A stretch of 40,541 nucleotides of DNA from an uncultured Thermotogae bacterium (GTDB taxonomy: Bacteria > Bipolaricaulota > Bipolaricaulia > M55B111), in assembly GCA_964576335.1 (NCBI GenBank), contig CAZNVA010000001.1, forward strand, positions 1 to 40,541, read 5' to 3'. Under the pieces are notes generated by a model that was not told the DNA's origin, ran no database searches, and saw only the letters and a program-made list of their open reading frames with translations. The position numbers and the translations under genes were made by a program. Shown piece by piece: positions 1 through 8,414 of this stretch (position 1 is the first letter of the stretch; each line of letters starts with the position of its first letter).

Positions 1-413
1 TGAGGGACGTAAGCGGAAATGCCGTACTGAATGCAAACTACCTCAAGGAGAAGCTGAAAGAGGATTACAGAGTTGCGTACGAGGGGTTGTGCAAGCACGA
101 ATTCGTTCTCTCTGGTAGCGACCTCGGAGAGGACGTAAAGACGGTTGATGTGGCAAAGAGGTTACTGGATTACGGTTACCACCCGCCGACGGTTTACTTC
201 CCCCTCATCGTCAAGGAAGCCCTGATGGTTGAGCCGACAGAAACCGAGTCGAAGGAGTCGCTGGACGAGTTTGCCGAGGCCATGCAGAAAATTGCCCGCG
301 AAGCGGAAGAAGACCCTGATGTGTTGCACCAGGCACCGAGCGAGACGCCGGTGGGGAGATTGGACGAGACACAAGCCGCTCGTGAACCGGTTTTGAGGTG
401 GAAAGAAAAATAG
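1..413 (+). CDS. gcvPB: glycine dehydrogenase (decarboxylating) subunit 2 (P-protein subunit B), 3' fragment; 5' end lies outside the window
   Basis: Frame 3 is open from the window edge to TAG 411-413. The translation (..[67 protein letters not shown]..) is the conserved C-terminal region of GcvPB. The TTG at 87 used by the ORF track is internal. Confidence 0.85.
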   Translation, partial: RDVSGNAVLNANYLKEKLKEDYRVAYEGLCKHEFVLSGSDLGEDVKTVDVAKRLLDYGYHPPTVYFPLIVKEALMVEPTETESKESLDEFAEAMQKIAREAEEDPDVLHQAPSETPVGRLDETQAAREPVLRWKEK

Positions 414-462
414 TTCTGCTTGCCGAATGGAAGAAATTCCCCAGCGTCACGCGTCGGGGTGA

Positions 463-492
463 CTCGCCCGACCAGGGCGGGAAGTTTTGTTT
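463..492 (+). terminator. candidate intrinsic terminator after gcvPB
   Basis: 7-bp GC-rich stem CTCGCCC (463-469) / GGGCGGG (475-481, one G-U) with a 5-nt loop, followed by AAGTTTTGTTT. A second hairpin CCCC..GGGG at 439-459 precedes it. Confidence 0.45.
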
Positions 493-566
493 GCAATATA
501 ACCGAACAGCAAGCTCATAAAGCTGCTGACATTAGACATTCAAAGAAAAAATGGAGGTCAAGAACG

Positions 567-1352
567 ATGTTCCTAACAATTGGAGAGTTGATCAATTCGA
601 CCAGGGACGAGGTCAAGGAAGCCCTGCAGGAAAAGGACGAGGAGCTAATCAGGAGGCTGGCTCGCGAACAGGACGAAGCGGGAGCCGACGTAATTGATCT
701 GAACGCCGGTGAATCGATGGAGGACGAAAAGGAGGACATGGACTGGCTGATCGATCTCGTCGAGGACGAGGTCGACGACGTCAGAATTGCAATCGATACT
801 CCGGACCCCGAGGTTCTGGAGTTCGCCTTAGAAAAGGTTGAGAACAAGCCGGTTATTAACTCGATTAGCAACGAAGAGGACAAGGCGGAGGCCAGGGAAA
901 TTGCTGCCGGGTACGATACCGAGATAATCGGTCTGGCAATGGGAGAGGAAGGAATGCCGGAGACCGTTGAGGACAGGCTGAACGAGACGGAAGCTCTGCT
1001 GGATAAGTGTGAAGATCTCGGCATCGACAAGGACCAGCTTTACATAGACGTTATCGCGATGACGATCGGAAGCAACCAGGAACAGGGTCAGTACGTTATC
1101 GATTCGGTCAGGCAGATAAAGGAAGAGTTCGACGTCAAGACGAATATAGGCCTGAGTAACATGTCCTTCGGGCTCCCCGACAGAGGGCTGATCAACAGAA
1201 CCGTATTTGCCATGCTTCTGGAAGCCGGTCTGGACGCTGCATTGATTGACCCGACGGACGTACCAATGATGGATACGCTGAAAGCAGCTGAGGCCCTTCT
1301 CGGCGTGGATAAGAACTGTCTGAACTACCTTCAGTACAAGAGATCCAGTTAG
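567..1352 (+). CDS. acsE: methyltetrahydrofolate:corrinoid methyltransferase (pterin-binding domain, AcsE/MeTr/MtgA-like)
   Basis: ATG 567 is preceded by GGAGG (554-558); 261 aa. Colinear by eye with AcsE-type proteins (IGELIN, GADVIDLNAGES, VINSIS, LYIDV, GLSNMSFGLP, LINRTVFAMLLEAGLDAALIDP). The GLSN.SFG motif fits the MetH/AcsE pterin-binding type rather than FolP. The ORF-track start at 420 adds 49 non-homologous residues that overlap the upstream terminator. Confidence 0.8.
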   Translation: MFLTIGELINSTRDEVKEALQEKDEELIRRLAREQDEAGADVIDLNAGESMEDEKEDMDWLIDLVEDEVDDVRIAIDTPDPEVLEFALEKVENKPVINSISNEEDKAEAREIAAGYDTEIIGLAMGEEGMPETVEDRLNETEALLDKCEDLGIDKDQLYIDVIAMTIGSNQEQGQYVIDSVRQIKEEFDVKTNIGLSNMSFGLPDRGLINRTVFAMLLEAGLDAALIDPTDVPMMDTLKAAEALLGVDKNCLNYLQYKRSS

Positions 1353-1427
1353 ATCTCTACCAAAGCGGACCCGTGGTGGGATCGAAACCTTTAAAATTAC
1401 CATAAATTCAGGAGGTAAAGAACTTTC

Positions 1428-3161
1428 ATGAAAAGCGATATTGATATAGCCCATGAAGCAGATTTGAGGCCAATTAAGGAAATTGCCAGCAAGGTCGGAC
1501 TGGAGCGGGACGAGCTGGAACTTTACGGCGACTACAAGGCCAAAGTAAAGCTCGATGCCTACGAGGCCCGCAAGGACGAGCCGGATGGCAAGTACGTCGA
1601 CGTCACTGCTATCCAGCCGACGCCTCTGGGAGAAGGGAAAACTACTACGAACATCGGCCTAACTCAGGCTCTTGGAAAGATAGGCAAGAACGTAATGACG
1701 GCGATTCGGCAGCCATCACAGGGACCGACTTTCGGTATTAAGGGTGGAGCTGCCGGCGGCGGTTATTCCCAGGTAATACCGATGGAGGACTTCAACCTCC
1801 ACCTTACCGGAGATATCCACGCCATCGGAGCGGCCCATAACTTAATTGCGGCGGCTCTGGACGCCCGGATGATGCACGAGCGCAATTATTCCGACGAGGC
1901 CTGGAAGAAGAAAGGTAAGGAAAAGCTGGATATCAACCCCTATTCCGTAACCTGGAACAGGGTGGTTGATATTAATGACAGGGCGTTGAGGAACATTAAC
2001 GTCGGTCTCGGTGGAAAGTGGGACGGTTATCCAAGAGAGAGTGCTTTTGACATTACGGTTGCTTCGGAATTAATGGCAATCCTCGGCTTGACTGACGGTC
2101 TACAGGATCTAAGGGAAAGAATTGGTAAAATCGTACTCGGTTACTCCTGGGATGGAGAACCGGTAACGGTAGAGGACCTCGGAGCAGCAGGTGCTGCTAC
2201 GGTGTTGATGAAGGACACTATCAAACCAAACTTACTGCAGACTCTGGAAGGCCAGCCCGCGTTTGTTCACGCAGGTCCGTTTGCCAACATAGCGCACGGG
2301 AATAGTTCCAACCTGGCGGACATGGTCGGCCTCAAGCTAGCCGATTACGTCGTTACGGAGTCGGGCTTTGGTGCTGACATAGGCATGGAGAAGTTCTTCA
2401 ACATCAAATGCCGGGCTAGCGGAAACGTACCGGATGCCGTGGTCATGGTCGCTACGGTTAGAGCCCTGAAAGTCCACGGTGGTGGTCCCGAGGTAGTCGC
2501 GGGTCAGGAACTGGATTCCGTCTACAAAGAGGAAAACCTGGAACTGCTTGAAAAGGGTGCCGATAACCTGGCGAAGAACATCGAAATCGCCCAGAAATTT
2601 GGAGTTCCCGTAGTTGTCGCAGTAAACCGGTTTGAGACGGATACCGACAAGGAAGTTGAGCTGGTCAAGAAGAAAGCCAAGGAAGCCGGTGCCTTTGACG
2701 CCGTCGAATCGAACCACTTTACCGAGGGTGGCGAAGGTGCAGTTGAGCTTGCCGAAGCGACAGTCGAGGCCTCCGAAGCGGAATCCGACTTCGAGTTCCT
2801 CTACGACCTCGACAAGTCGATCAAGGAGAAAATCGAAACCATAGCTACCGAGATATACGGTGCTGAGGACGTCGATTACTCCAGCAAAGCCGAAAAGCAG
2901 ATCGACGACTACGAGGAATCCGGATTTGGTGATCTGCCAATATGTATGGCCAAGACGCACCTCTCGCTCTCCCACGATCCGAAGAAGAAGGGAGTCCCGA
3001 CAGGGTTTACCCTGCCGGTACGCGAGGTCAGGGCAAGCGTTGGTGCCGGATTCGTCTACCCGCTGTGCGGTGAGATGAGTACGATGCCCGGACTTCCATC
3101 CGAGCCGGCCTACGAAGATGTAGATATAGACGAAGACGGAAACGTCAAGGGCTTATTCTAG
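1428..3161 (+). CDS. fhs: formate--tetrahydrofolate ligase
   Basis: 577 aa. N-terminus [17 protein letters not shown], the nucleotide-binding [11 protein letters not shown] motif, and a C-terminal [15 protein letters not shown] block typical of Fhs. AGGAGG lies upstream. Confidence 0.97.
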   Translation: MKSDIDIAHEADLRPIKEIASKVGLERDELELYGDYKAKVKLDAYEARKDEPDGKYVDVTAIQPTPLGEGKTTTNIGLTQALGKIGKNVMTAIRQPSQGPTFGIKGGAAGGGYSQVIPMEDFNLHLTGDIHAIGAAHNLIAAALDARMMHERNYSDEAWKKKGKEKLDINPYSVTWNRVVDINDRALRNINVGLGGKWDGYPRESAFDITVASELMAILGLTDGLQDLRERIGKIVLGYSWDGEPVTVEDLGAAGAATVLMKDTIKPNLLQTLEGQPAFVHAGPFANIAHGNSSNLADMVGLKLADYVVTESGFGADIGMEKFFNIKCRASGNVPDAVVMVATVRALKVHGGGPEVVAGQELDSVYKEENLELLEKGADNLAKNIEIAQKFGVPVVVAVNRFETDTDKEVELVKKKAKEAGAFDAVESNHFTEGGEGAVELAEATVEASEAESDFEFLYDLDKSIKEKIETIATEIYGAEDVDYSSKAEKQIDDYEESGFGDLPICMAKTHLSLSHDPKKKGVPTGFTLPVREVRASVGAGFVYPLCGEMSTMPGLPSEPAYEDVDIDEDGNVKGLF

Positions 3162-3191
3162 AACGAGATAGACTTACTGACGGGAGAATAA

Positions 3192-3758
3192 ATGGATCAA
3201 GAAAAAATTGCCAGGGGAACGGAACTGATACTGGAAGGCATAGGTGAGGACCCGGATCGACCCGGTCTGAAAGAGACACCGGACAGGGTTGCCAGAATGA
3301 TGGAGGAGCTCTGTTCCGGGATCGATGAGGACCCGGGAGACGTGGTTTCCACCTTCTTTCAGGAAGATTATCAGGAAATGGTGGTGCTCGACGATATTCC
3401 ATTTCAGTCGCTCTGTGAGCACCACCTGCTCCCGATCCTGGGAGAGGCCAGTATAGTTTACATGCCCAAAGACGGTCGGGTGGTTGGTGCGAGCAAATTG
3501 GCCCGGGCTCTCGAGGTCGCATCAAGTCGGCCTCAGATTCAGGAAAGATTGACTTCTCAGGTAGCGGATGTATTGATGGAAGAGATCGAACCTTATGGTG
3601 TCCTGGTAAAAATCAGGGCCTCGCATCTCTGTATGACGATACGGGGTGTGAAGAAGCCCGGTTCAAAGATGGTGACTTCGGCTATAAGGGGTAAGTTCAA
3701 GACGGACAAGGCCGCAAGGGACGAAGCGCTCAGCCTTATAGGGGAGTCGAACGACTAA
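3192..3758 (+). CDS. folE: GTP cyclohydrolase I
   Basis: 188 aa. Contains GLKETPDRVARM and the zinc-site motif FQSLCEHHLLP. The SHLCMTIRGV block is characteristic of FolE type I. Confidence 0.95.
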   Translation: MDQEKIARGTELILEGIGEDPDRPGLKETPDRVARMMEELCSGIDEDPGDVVSTFFQEDYQEMVVLDDIPFQSLCEHHLLPILGEASIVYMPKDGRVVGASKLARALEVASSRPQIQERLTSQVADVLMEEIEPYGVLVKIRASHLCMTIRGVKKPGSKMVTSAIRGKFKTDKAARDEALSLIGESND

Positions 3759-3775
3759 CTAATAAAGGAGGCTAT

Positions 3776-4657
3776 ATGACTGAATTAGACGGAAACGCCA
3801 TTGCTGAGACTTATAGAGACGAGTTGAAGGAAGAGGTCGAGGAACTCAAGGATAATGGCGTCTATCCGGCAATAGCTCCGGTTTTGGTTGGCGACGACCC
3901 GGGGGCAAAGGTATATTACCGGACGAAGAAAAAACTCGCGAAAGAACTGGGGATAGACTATAAAGGCGTCAAACTGGACGGGGATATCTCAAAGGAGAAG
4001 CTGCTCGCCAAACTAAGGGAGCTCAACCAGGATCCGGAAGTTCACGGGTTGTTCGTCGAGCTGCCGCTGCCGGAAGGACTGGATATCGGAGAACTAAGAA
4101 CCGAGATCAATCCAAAGAAGGACGTCGATTGTATAAATCCCGTAAATAGTGGCAAGTTACTCTCCGGCGGTGCCGCCCGGGCGAGTTACGAGGATCTGAA
4201 GAGCGACCCGGAGGTACTGCTACCGGCGACTCCTTACGCGGTCATGGAGATACTGAAGTACTCGGATATCGAACTTGCCGGAAAGGAATTTCTGGTAGTC
4301 GGAGGGGGAGCGGTTGGGTTACCCCTGTCTCTCCTGGCCCTAAGGGAGGGATATTCAACGATTTCGGTAACCGAATACCAGGCCGAAAACCTGCCGGAAA
4401 AAACCAGGCGAGCCGACATACTCTGTTCTTCGGTTGGCAGGAAGAATTTCATCACGGAAGATATGGTTTCCGAGGGAACGGTCGTAGTGGACGTGGGGAT
4501 AAACTCCACGGATAGCGGTATCACCGGCGACGTTGATTACGAAAACGTCAAGGGTAAGGCTTCTGCCATCACGCCGGTTCCCGGTGGCGTTGGTCCGATG
4601 ACTACCACCTTGATAATGTCCAATACCGTCAAGGCGGCTAGGTTACTTCAGGGGTAA
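3776..4657 (+). CDS. folD: bifunctional methylenetetrahydrofolate dehydrogenase / methenyltetrahydrofolate cyclohydrolase
   Basis: 293 aa. Has the VLVGDDPGAKVYYRTKKK N-terminal signature and C-terminal TPVPGGVGPMTT. AAAGGAGG SD upstream; 17-nt gap after folE. Confidence 0.95.
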   Translation: MTELDGNAIAETYRDELKEEVEELKDNGVYPAIAPVLVGDDPGAKVYYRTKKKLAKELGIDYKGVKLDGDISKEKLLAKLRELNQDPEVHGLFVELPLPEGLDIGELRTEINPKKDVDCINPVNSGKLLSGGAARASYEDLKSDPEVLLPATPYAVMEILKYSDIELAGKEFLVVGGGAVGLPLSLLALREGYSTISVTEYQAENLPEKTRRADILCSSVGRKNFITEDMVSEGTVVVDVGINSTDSGITGDVDYENVKGKASAITPVPGGVGPMTTTLIMSNTVKAARLLQG

Positions 4658-4694
4658 CCATCGGATAAGCACTATTTAATCGTTCGGTTAACGT

Positions 4695-4733
4695 GCATCC
4701 TCTCTCGCACAAGAGAGGATGCTTTTTATTTTT
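4695..4733 (+). terminator. rho-independent terminator closing the acsE-like/fhs/folE/folD operon
   Basis: Perfect 11-bp stem GCATCCTCTCT (4695-4705) / AGAGAGGATGC (4712-4722) with a 6-nt loop, followed by TTTTTATTTTT. Confidence 0.85.
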
Positions 4734-4800
4734 CGATAGCGAGTATACCCGCTATAATATATCGCTGGTTGATGATCGAAAACAACAAGGGGCGTTGAGA

Positions 4801-5757
4801 ATGGTTCGGATAGACGAGAAGCTCGATATTTGTGTCTTAATGGGTGGGACCTCCTCCGAAAGAGAAGTCTCTCTGAATAGCGGAAAGAGGGTCTACGAAG
4901 CGCTAGAGCGGGGGAGGAACGAATTCAACCCGCTCAAAGGAGAGTTCAGCAGCGAAGAGGAGCTGCTGGATACGGTTGCCGGATCCGACCTCGTTTTCAA
5001 CACCCTTCACGGTGGAATCGGTGAGGACGGCACGGTTCAGGTTTTGCTTGACCTGCTGGGGATTCCTTACACCGGCACCGGACCGCTCGGTAGCTCCATT
5101 GCAATGGATAAACTCGCGTCAAAACGGGCTTTTCACCGCGCCTCCATCAGTACGCCTCCTTACGCCGGAAAAAAGGGGAGTAACCTGGAGTCGTTTCTGG
5201 ATAAAGTCAACGAAGGCTTTAGTTTTCCGGTCGTGGTAAAGCCCAGGAGGGAAGGATCGAGTCGGGGGGTAAAAATATCCGACGACGAGGAGGAGCTGGT
5301 TCGGGGTTTACATGAGGTCGAGGAGGAGTACGGAGAAGTTTTTGTCGAGAGTTACATCGCCGGGAGGGAATTAACGGTGGGGGTACTGGAGAAAGAAGGT
5401 AAGCCGGAGGCACTGCCCCCCGTGGAGTTGGAAGTAAAGAGTGAAAGGTTTTTTAATTACAAGGCGAAGTACACGCCGGGAGAAACGGAGTTTATCGTCC
5501 CGGCGCGGATCGAGGATGAACTGACCGAGGAGGTAAAAGAACTCGCGGTTCGGGCACACGAGGAGTTTGGCTGCCGCGGTTATAGCAGAGTTGACTTCAT
5601 GGTTGACGGGTCCGGGAGCGTTTACGCTCTTGAGGTCAATACCCTTCCCGGTATGACAGAAATGAGTGATCTCCCCCTGGCGGCTGAGGCAGCCGGTATC
5701 GAGTACGACCAGCTGGTCGATCGAATGGTTTGCTCCGTACTGAGCCGGGAAAATTGA
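4801..5757 (+). CDS. ddl: D-alanine--D-alanine ligase
   Basis: Starts at ATG 4801 (MVRIDEKLDICVLMGGTSSEREVSLNSG). ATP-grasp motifs FPVVVKPRREGSSRGV and ALEVNTLPGMTEMS are present. The ORF-track GTG 4693 start lies inside the folD terminator hairpin, so I reject it. Confidence 0.9.
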   Translation: MVRIDEKLDICVLMGGTSSEREVSLNSGKRVYEALERGRNEFNPLKGEFSSEEELLDTVAGSDLVFNTLHGGIGEDGTVQVLLDLLGIPYTGTGPLGSSIAMDKLASKRAFHRASISTPPYAGKKGSNLESFLDKVNEGFSFPVVVKPRREGSSRGVKISDDEEELVRGLHEVEEEYGEVFVESYIAGRELTVGVLEKEGKPEALPPVELEVKSERFFNYKAKYTPGETEFIVPARIEDELTEEVKELAVRAHEEFGCRGYSRVDFMVDGSGSVYALEVNTLPGMTEMSDLPLAAEAAGIEYDQLVDRMVCSVLSREN

Positions 5758-5860
5758 GTCATTGAAAATTCTCGAGTCCCATTGAGGTCGGGAAGGTTAC
5801 TACCTATTTTTTAAAGAGTTCATCCCGTAATACGATTCAGAACAACTGAGGAGGCAATTT

Positions 5861-6400
5861 ATGAACAATAAATGGCGCGAACTGGAAACTGGAAGGGATA
5901 CGCCGAGGATAGTTAATGCCGTAATCGAGAACCCGAAGCGGACGGAAAACAAGTACGAATACGACGTGGAAAAGGGCGAGATCGTTCTCGATAGAGTACT
6001 GCATACGGCTGTTCACTACCCCGGTGACTACGGGTTTCTCCCCCGAACTTATGACGAGGACGGGGATCCCACGGATATACTCGTTCTGGTGACGAACCCT
6101 ACGTTCCCCGGTTGTATTATGGAGGCAAGGCCGATAGGTATACTGGAAATGCTCGATTCCGGGCAGAGGGACGATAAAATTCTGGCTGTGCCTCTGAAGG
6201 ACCCACGTTATGAAGGCTACAAGGATATTGACGACGTCCCCGCCCACAACTTGAACGAAATATGCCACATGTTCGAGGTTTACAAGGAGCTGGAAGGGGA
6301 CAAGGTCGTAGAGACCAGAGGCTGGTCGGGTCGAGAAGAAGCTAAGAGATCCATTCTCGAAGCCAAGGAACTTTACAGAGAAAAGTTCGTGGAGGAGTAG
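5861..6400 (+). CDS. ppa: inorganic pyrophosphatase (family I)
   Basis: 179 aa. Motifs YEYD, DYGFLPRTYDEDGDPTDILVL and DDKILAV are present. GAGGAGG SD upstream. Confidence 0.95.
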   Translation: MNNKWRELETGRDTPRIVNAVIENPKRTENKYEYDVEKGEIVLDRVLHTAVHYPGDYGFLPRTYDEDGDPTDILVLVTNPTFPGCIMEARPIGILEMLDSGQRDDKILAVPLKDPRYEGYKDIDDVPAHNLNEICHMFEVYKELEGDKVVETRGWSGREEAKRSILEAKELYREKFVEE

Positions 6401-6519
6401 TTCCTTTCAGGGGCCGGTTCATTCGGTCCCTGCCTTCCTGATATTACCAGATAGCTGAGAACCCCCGGCGTTTGCCTGACGATAAATCGGCCTTCCTTGT
6501 TCGGCTCAAATCAAAGCAG

Positions 6520-6555
6520 AGAAGAGCGTCCAACCGTCGTTGAACGCCCTTCTTT
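6520..6555 (+). terminator. terminator-like hairpin downstream of ppa (weak T-tract)
   Basis: 13 bp pair across 6520-6534 / 6539-6553 (AGAAGAGCGTCCAAC / GTTGAACGCCCTTCT) with 2 mismatches and a CGTC loop. Only TT follows, so this is low confidence. Confidence 0.3.
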
Positions 6556-6907
6556 AACTACGACATTGGTTTTGATGGAAACCTAAAGTGCTTCCGTGTT
6601 TTTCTCTATTTCCGCCTCTTCTTTTGTTTCTTCCAGCCAGTTACTCCAGGTCTGACTGCTTTTTCGGACCTTCAGGTTTTCCAGAGAGGTATTCTGATTG
6701 TTTTCCCGCTATTCTGGTTTCCCTCTGCTCCTTCGTTCTGCCCTAGAACCACCATTGAAGGGATGACCAGTAAGAGGGCCATTCCAAATACCAGTAATTC
6801 TCGCTTGCTTAGAGTCCCCTAACTCACCTCGTACCCCAATTGTTGGAGATGGGGTTAATTAATTGCAACTGAGCGGTTTTTCCGGACCTGGCGGCACTTC
6901 CCGGGGC

Positions 6908-8062
6908 TTAATAATCCTCAATAAAGGGTTGCGAAAGTGAGAAATCCCTTATTTCAGCGGGCCTTCTCTGTTCCTTAACGGGTTCGCCGTCCTCGACTTT
7001 GACTTTAAGCCGGGGTCTTGACGACCCACCACAGCTGGAACACTTCTTTTCGGAGGTATCCCAGGTTCTTACCTCCCTGTTCCCACAGTTTTCGCAAACG
7101 TAAAGCTGTTTCGCCCCCGACCTCTTACCCCTTTTCGCCGTCGGTTCGCCTTCCGCTTCTACTATGTCCAGAGAAAAATCTACGACGGGTGAGTTGGAAA
7201 TGGCAGTTCCGACACCGTAAGCGTCGGCGACCTCGTTTAATTCCGGTATGCTTTCCTCGTCCAGACCGCCGGATACGAGTATCCTGACGTCCTGAAATCC
7301 GTGTAGATCCAGTTCCCACCTGACTTCCCTGGCTATTTCCAGCATGTCTCCCCGCCTGGAAGAAGGGGTATCAAGTCGAACTGCGTCCAGGCCCTCTATC
7401 AGGTCCGCGTTTTCGAGAGCTTCAAATTTTTCGTCTCCAAAAGTATCCACCAGGGCAACGGTGTCAACTTCCTCGCCAAACAACTCCTCGAACATTCCCG
7501 TTGCCGTAGTTGAGTCCTCGAGCAGCAGTATCAGGGCATGAGGAATGGTACCTACCGGTTCCAGTCCGAGCTGCCGAGCAGTTTTGCTAACGGCAACGCC
7601 GTCACAGCCGCCGATGTAGGCACTTCTACCTATCATGGGTGCAATTGCAGGATGCATCCGGCGCGAACCGAAGTGGTAGACCGGCTTATGTTCTGCCGCC
7701 TCCTTGACGACCCTTGCTTTTGTCGCAATTCCACTCGACTGACAGAGAAAGCCGAGGAGTGGCGTTTCCAGCACGGAAAAATCCCTGTACCCACCTTCTA
7801 TCATCATGACTGGTTCGTAAGGAAGAAAGACGCTACCTTCCCTGAGAGAATGCACGGTCAGATCCGTTCCGGAAAATAGTTGCTCCACTTCGTCCAGACC
7901 GGTAAATACCCCGGGACCCTTGCCGGGAATGGATTTGGTCCTGACTTCCATCCTTACGTTCTTATCTATCTCGTTTGCTTCGAGAATTTCTCGGGAACGC
8001 TCGAAGTATACGTCCGTAATCCTTCCTGCCTTTATATCTTCTTCGGATGCTACGTTAAAAAT
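6908..8062 (-). CDS. pncB: nicotinate phosphoribosyltransferase, archaeal type with C-terminal zinc ribbon; probable non-canonical ATT start
   Basis: The ORF-track product (from ATG 7951) carries the PRTase barrel motifs (HFGSRRMHP, GTIPHALI, VDTF.DE, VRLDTPSSRRGD, ILVSGGLD) and a CENCG..CSSCG zinc ribbon. The frame stays open upstream to TAG 8099-8101 and encodes FNVASEEDIKAGRITDVYFERSREILEA, the conserved NAPRTase N-terminus. This extension has no ATG, GTG or TTG. An ATT at 8062-8060 sits 4-5 nt after AAGGGGGT. Confidence 0.8.
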   Translation of the reverse strand: MFNVASEEDIKAGRITDVYFERSREILEANEIDKNVRMEVRTKSIPGKGPGVFTGLDEVEQLFSGTDLTVHSLREGSVFLPYEPVMMIEGGYRDFSVLETPLLGFLCQSSGIATKARVVKEAAEHKPVYHFGSRRMHPAIAPMIGRSAYIGGCDGVAVSKTARQLGLEPVGTIPHALILLLEDSTTATGMFEELFGEEVDTVALVDTFGDEKFEALENADLIEGLDAVRLDTPSSRRGDMLEIAREVRWELDLHGFQDVRILVSGGLDEESIPELNEVADAYGVGTAISNSPVVDFSLDIVEAEGEPTAKRGKRSGAKQLYVCENCGNREVRTWDTSEKKCSSCGGSSRPRLKVKVEDGEPVKEQRRPAEIRDFSLSQPFIEDY

Positions 8063-8098
8063 ATTTACCCCCTTAAAGAGATGTATTGCCCGTGTTAA

Positions 8099-8284
8099 CT
8101 AATCCTCTTCTTCCGGTATTTCCCCTTCGGTTTCCGCCGGCCCCAAAGGTTCTTCGCCAACCAGTCCCAGGTACTTGTCGAGAGAACGCCGCACCAGTTC
8201 CGATATCGGGAGCCCGGTTTCTCGCGATAGCTTCTGTAACTTCTTATGCTGTCTTTCAGTAATCGTCCAGTTAACTCTGCGCAT
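8099..8284 (-). CDS. ribbon-helix-helix (CopG/MetJ-like) DNA-binding protein with acidic tail
   Basis: 61 aa. Shows the RHH pattern: a beta-strand segment RVNWTITERQHKKLQKLS, then GLPISELVRRSLDKYL. The acidic C-terminus is EGEIPEEED. No SD is present, and a TATAAT sits 7 nt upstream of the ATG. Confidence 0.7.
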   Translation of the reverse strand: MRRVNWTITERQHKKLQKLSRETGLPISELVRRSLDKYLGLVGEEPLGPAETEGEIPEEED

Positions 8285-8291
8285 TTATGGA

Positions 8292-8321
8292 ATTATATTG
8301 AAGCTCAGCTGGTTCTTCCAA
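8292..8321 (-). promoter_or_regulatory. candidate sigma70-type promoter for the RHH-pncB unit, giving a leaderless or near-leaderless mRNA
   Basis: On the minus strand: TTGGAA (8321-8316), an 18-nt spacer, TATAAT (8297-8292), then 7 nt to ATG 8284. Confidence 0.4.
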
Positions 8322-8414
8322 CTAGTCGACCAGCGTTGCTTCTAGAAATAACCGGTAACTCCAGTTAGAAAGAAAGGTCGTTATGTACTAGAATTACTGA
8401 AAAGACGTTCTAGA
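8321..8414. promoter_or_regulatory. cluster of four CTAG-centred short palindromes in the divergent RHH / DUF502 control region (candidate RHH operators)
   Basis: ACTAGT 8321-8326, TTCTAGAA 8340-8347, TACTAGAA 8386-8393 and TTCTAGA 8408-8414. The first abuts the -35 of the RHH promoter. The third overlaps a TAGAAT -10-like box facing DUF502. Confidence 0.25.

Noticed and set aside
414-566. Possible ZTP (pfl) or THF riboswitch upstream of the acsE-like/fhs/folE/folD operon. The stretch GGGGUGACUCGCCCGACC loosely resembles the UGACUGGCG core of the pfl motif.
   Set aside because: Two mismatches fall in the most conserved core positions, and the obligatory 3' CCGCCUGGGCA element is absent. The GC stem plus T-tract at 463-492 is explained more simply as the gcvPB terminator. 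An Infernal scan would settle it.
6640-6680. SRP-RNA-like or RNase-P-like fragments on the minus strand (CUGAAGGUCCGAAAAAGCAGUCAGACCUGG).
   Set aside because: This does not form the domain IV helix with a GNRA loop and symmetric loop. The RNase P hallmarks (GGAAAGUCCGGGC, GGUGAAAGGGUG, ACAGAA..CGGCUUA) are not present.
8099-8101. The amber codon between the RHH and pncB reading frames could be a pyrrolysine or read-through site producing an RHH-NAPRTase fusion. An MttB-family gene is in the same window.
   Set aside because: In-frame placement has a 1-in-3 chance expectation. A strong SD plus ATT sits exactly at the homologous NAPRTase N-terminus. The 12 linker codons (LTRAIHLFKGVN) look non-conserved, and no pyl genes or PYLIS-like context is visible. 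Most bacterial MttB homologues are non-Pyl.
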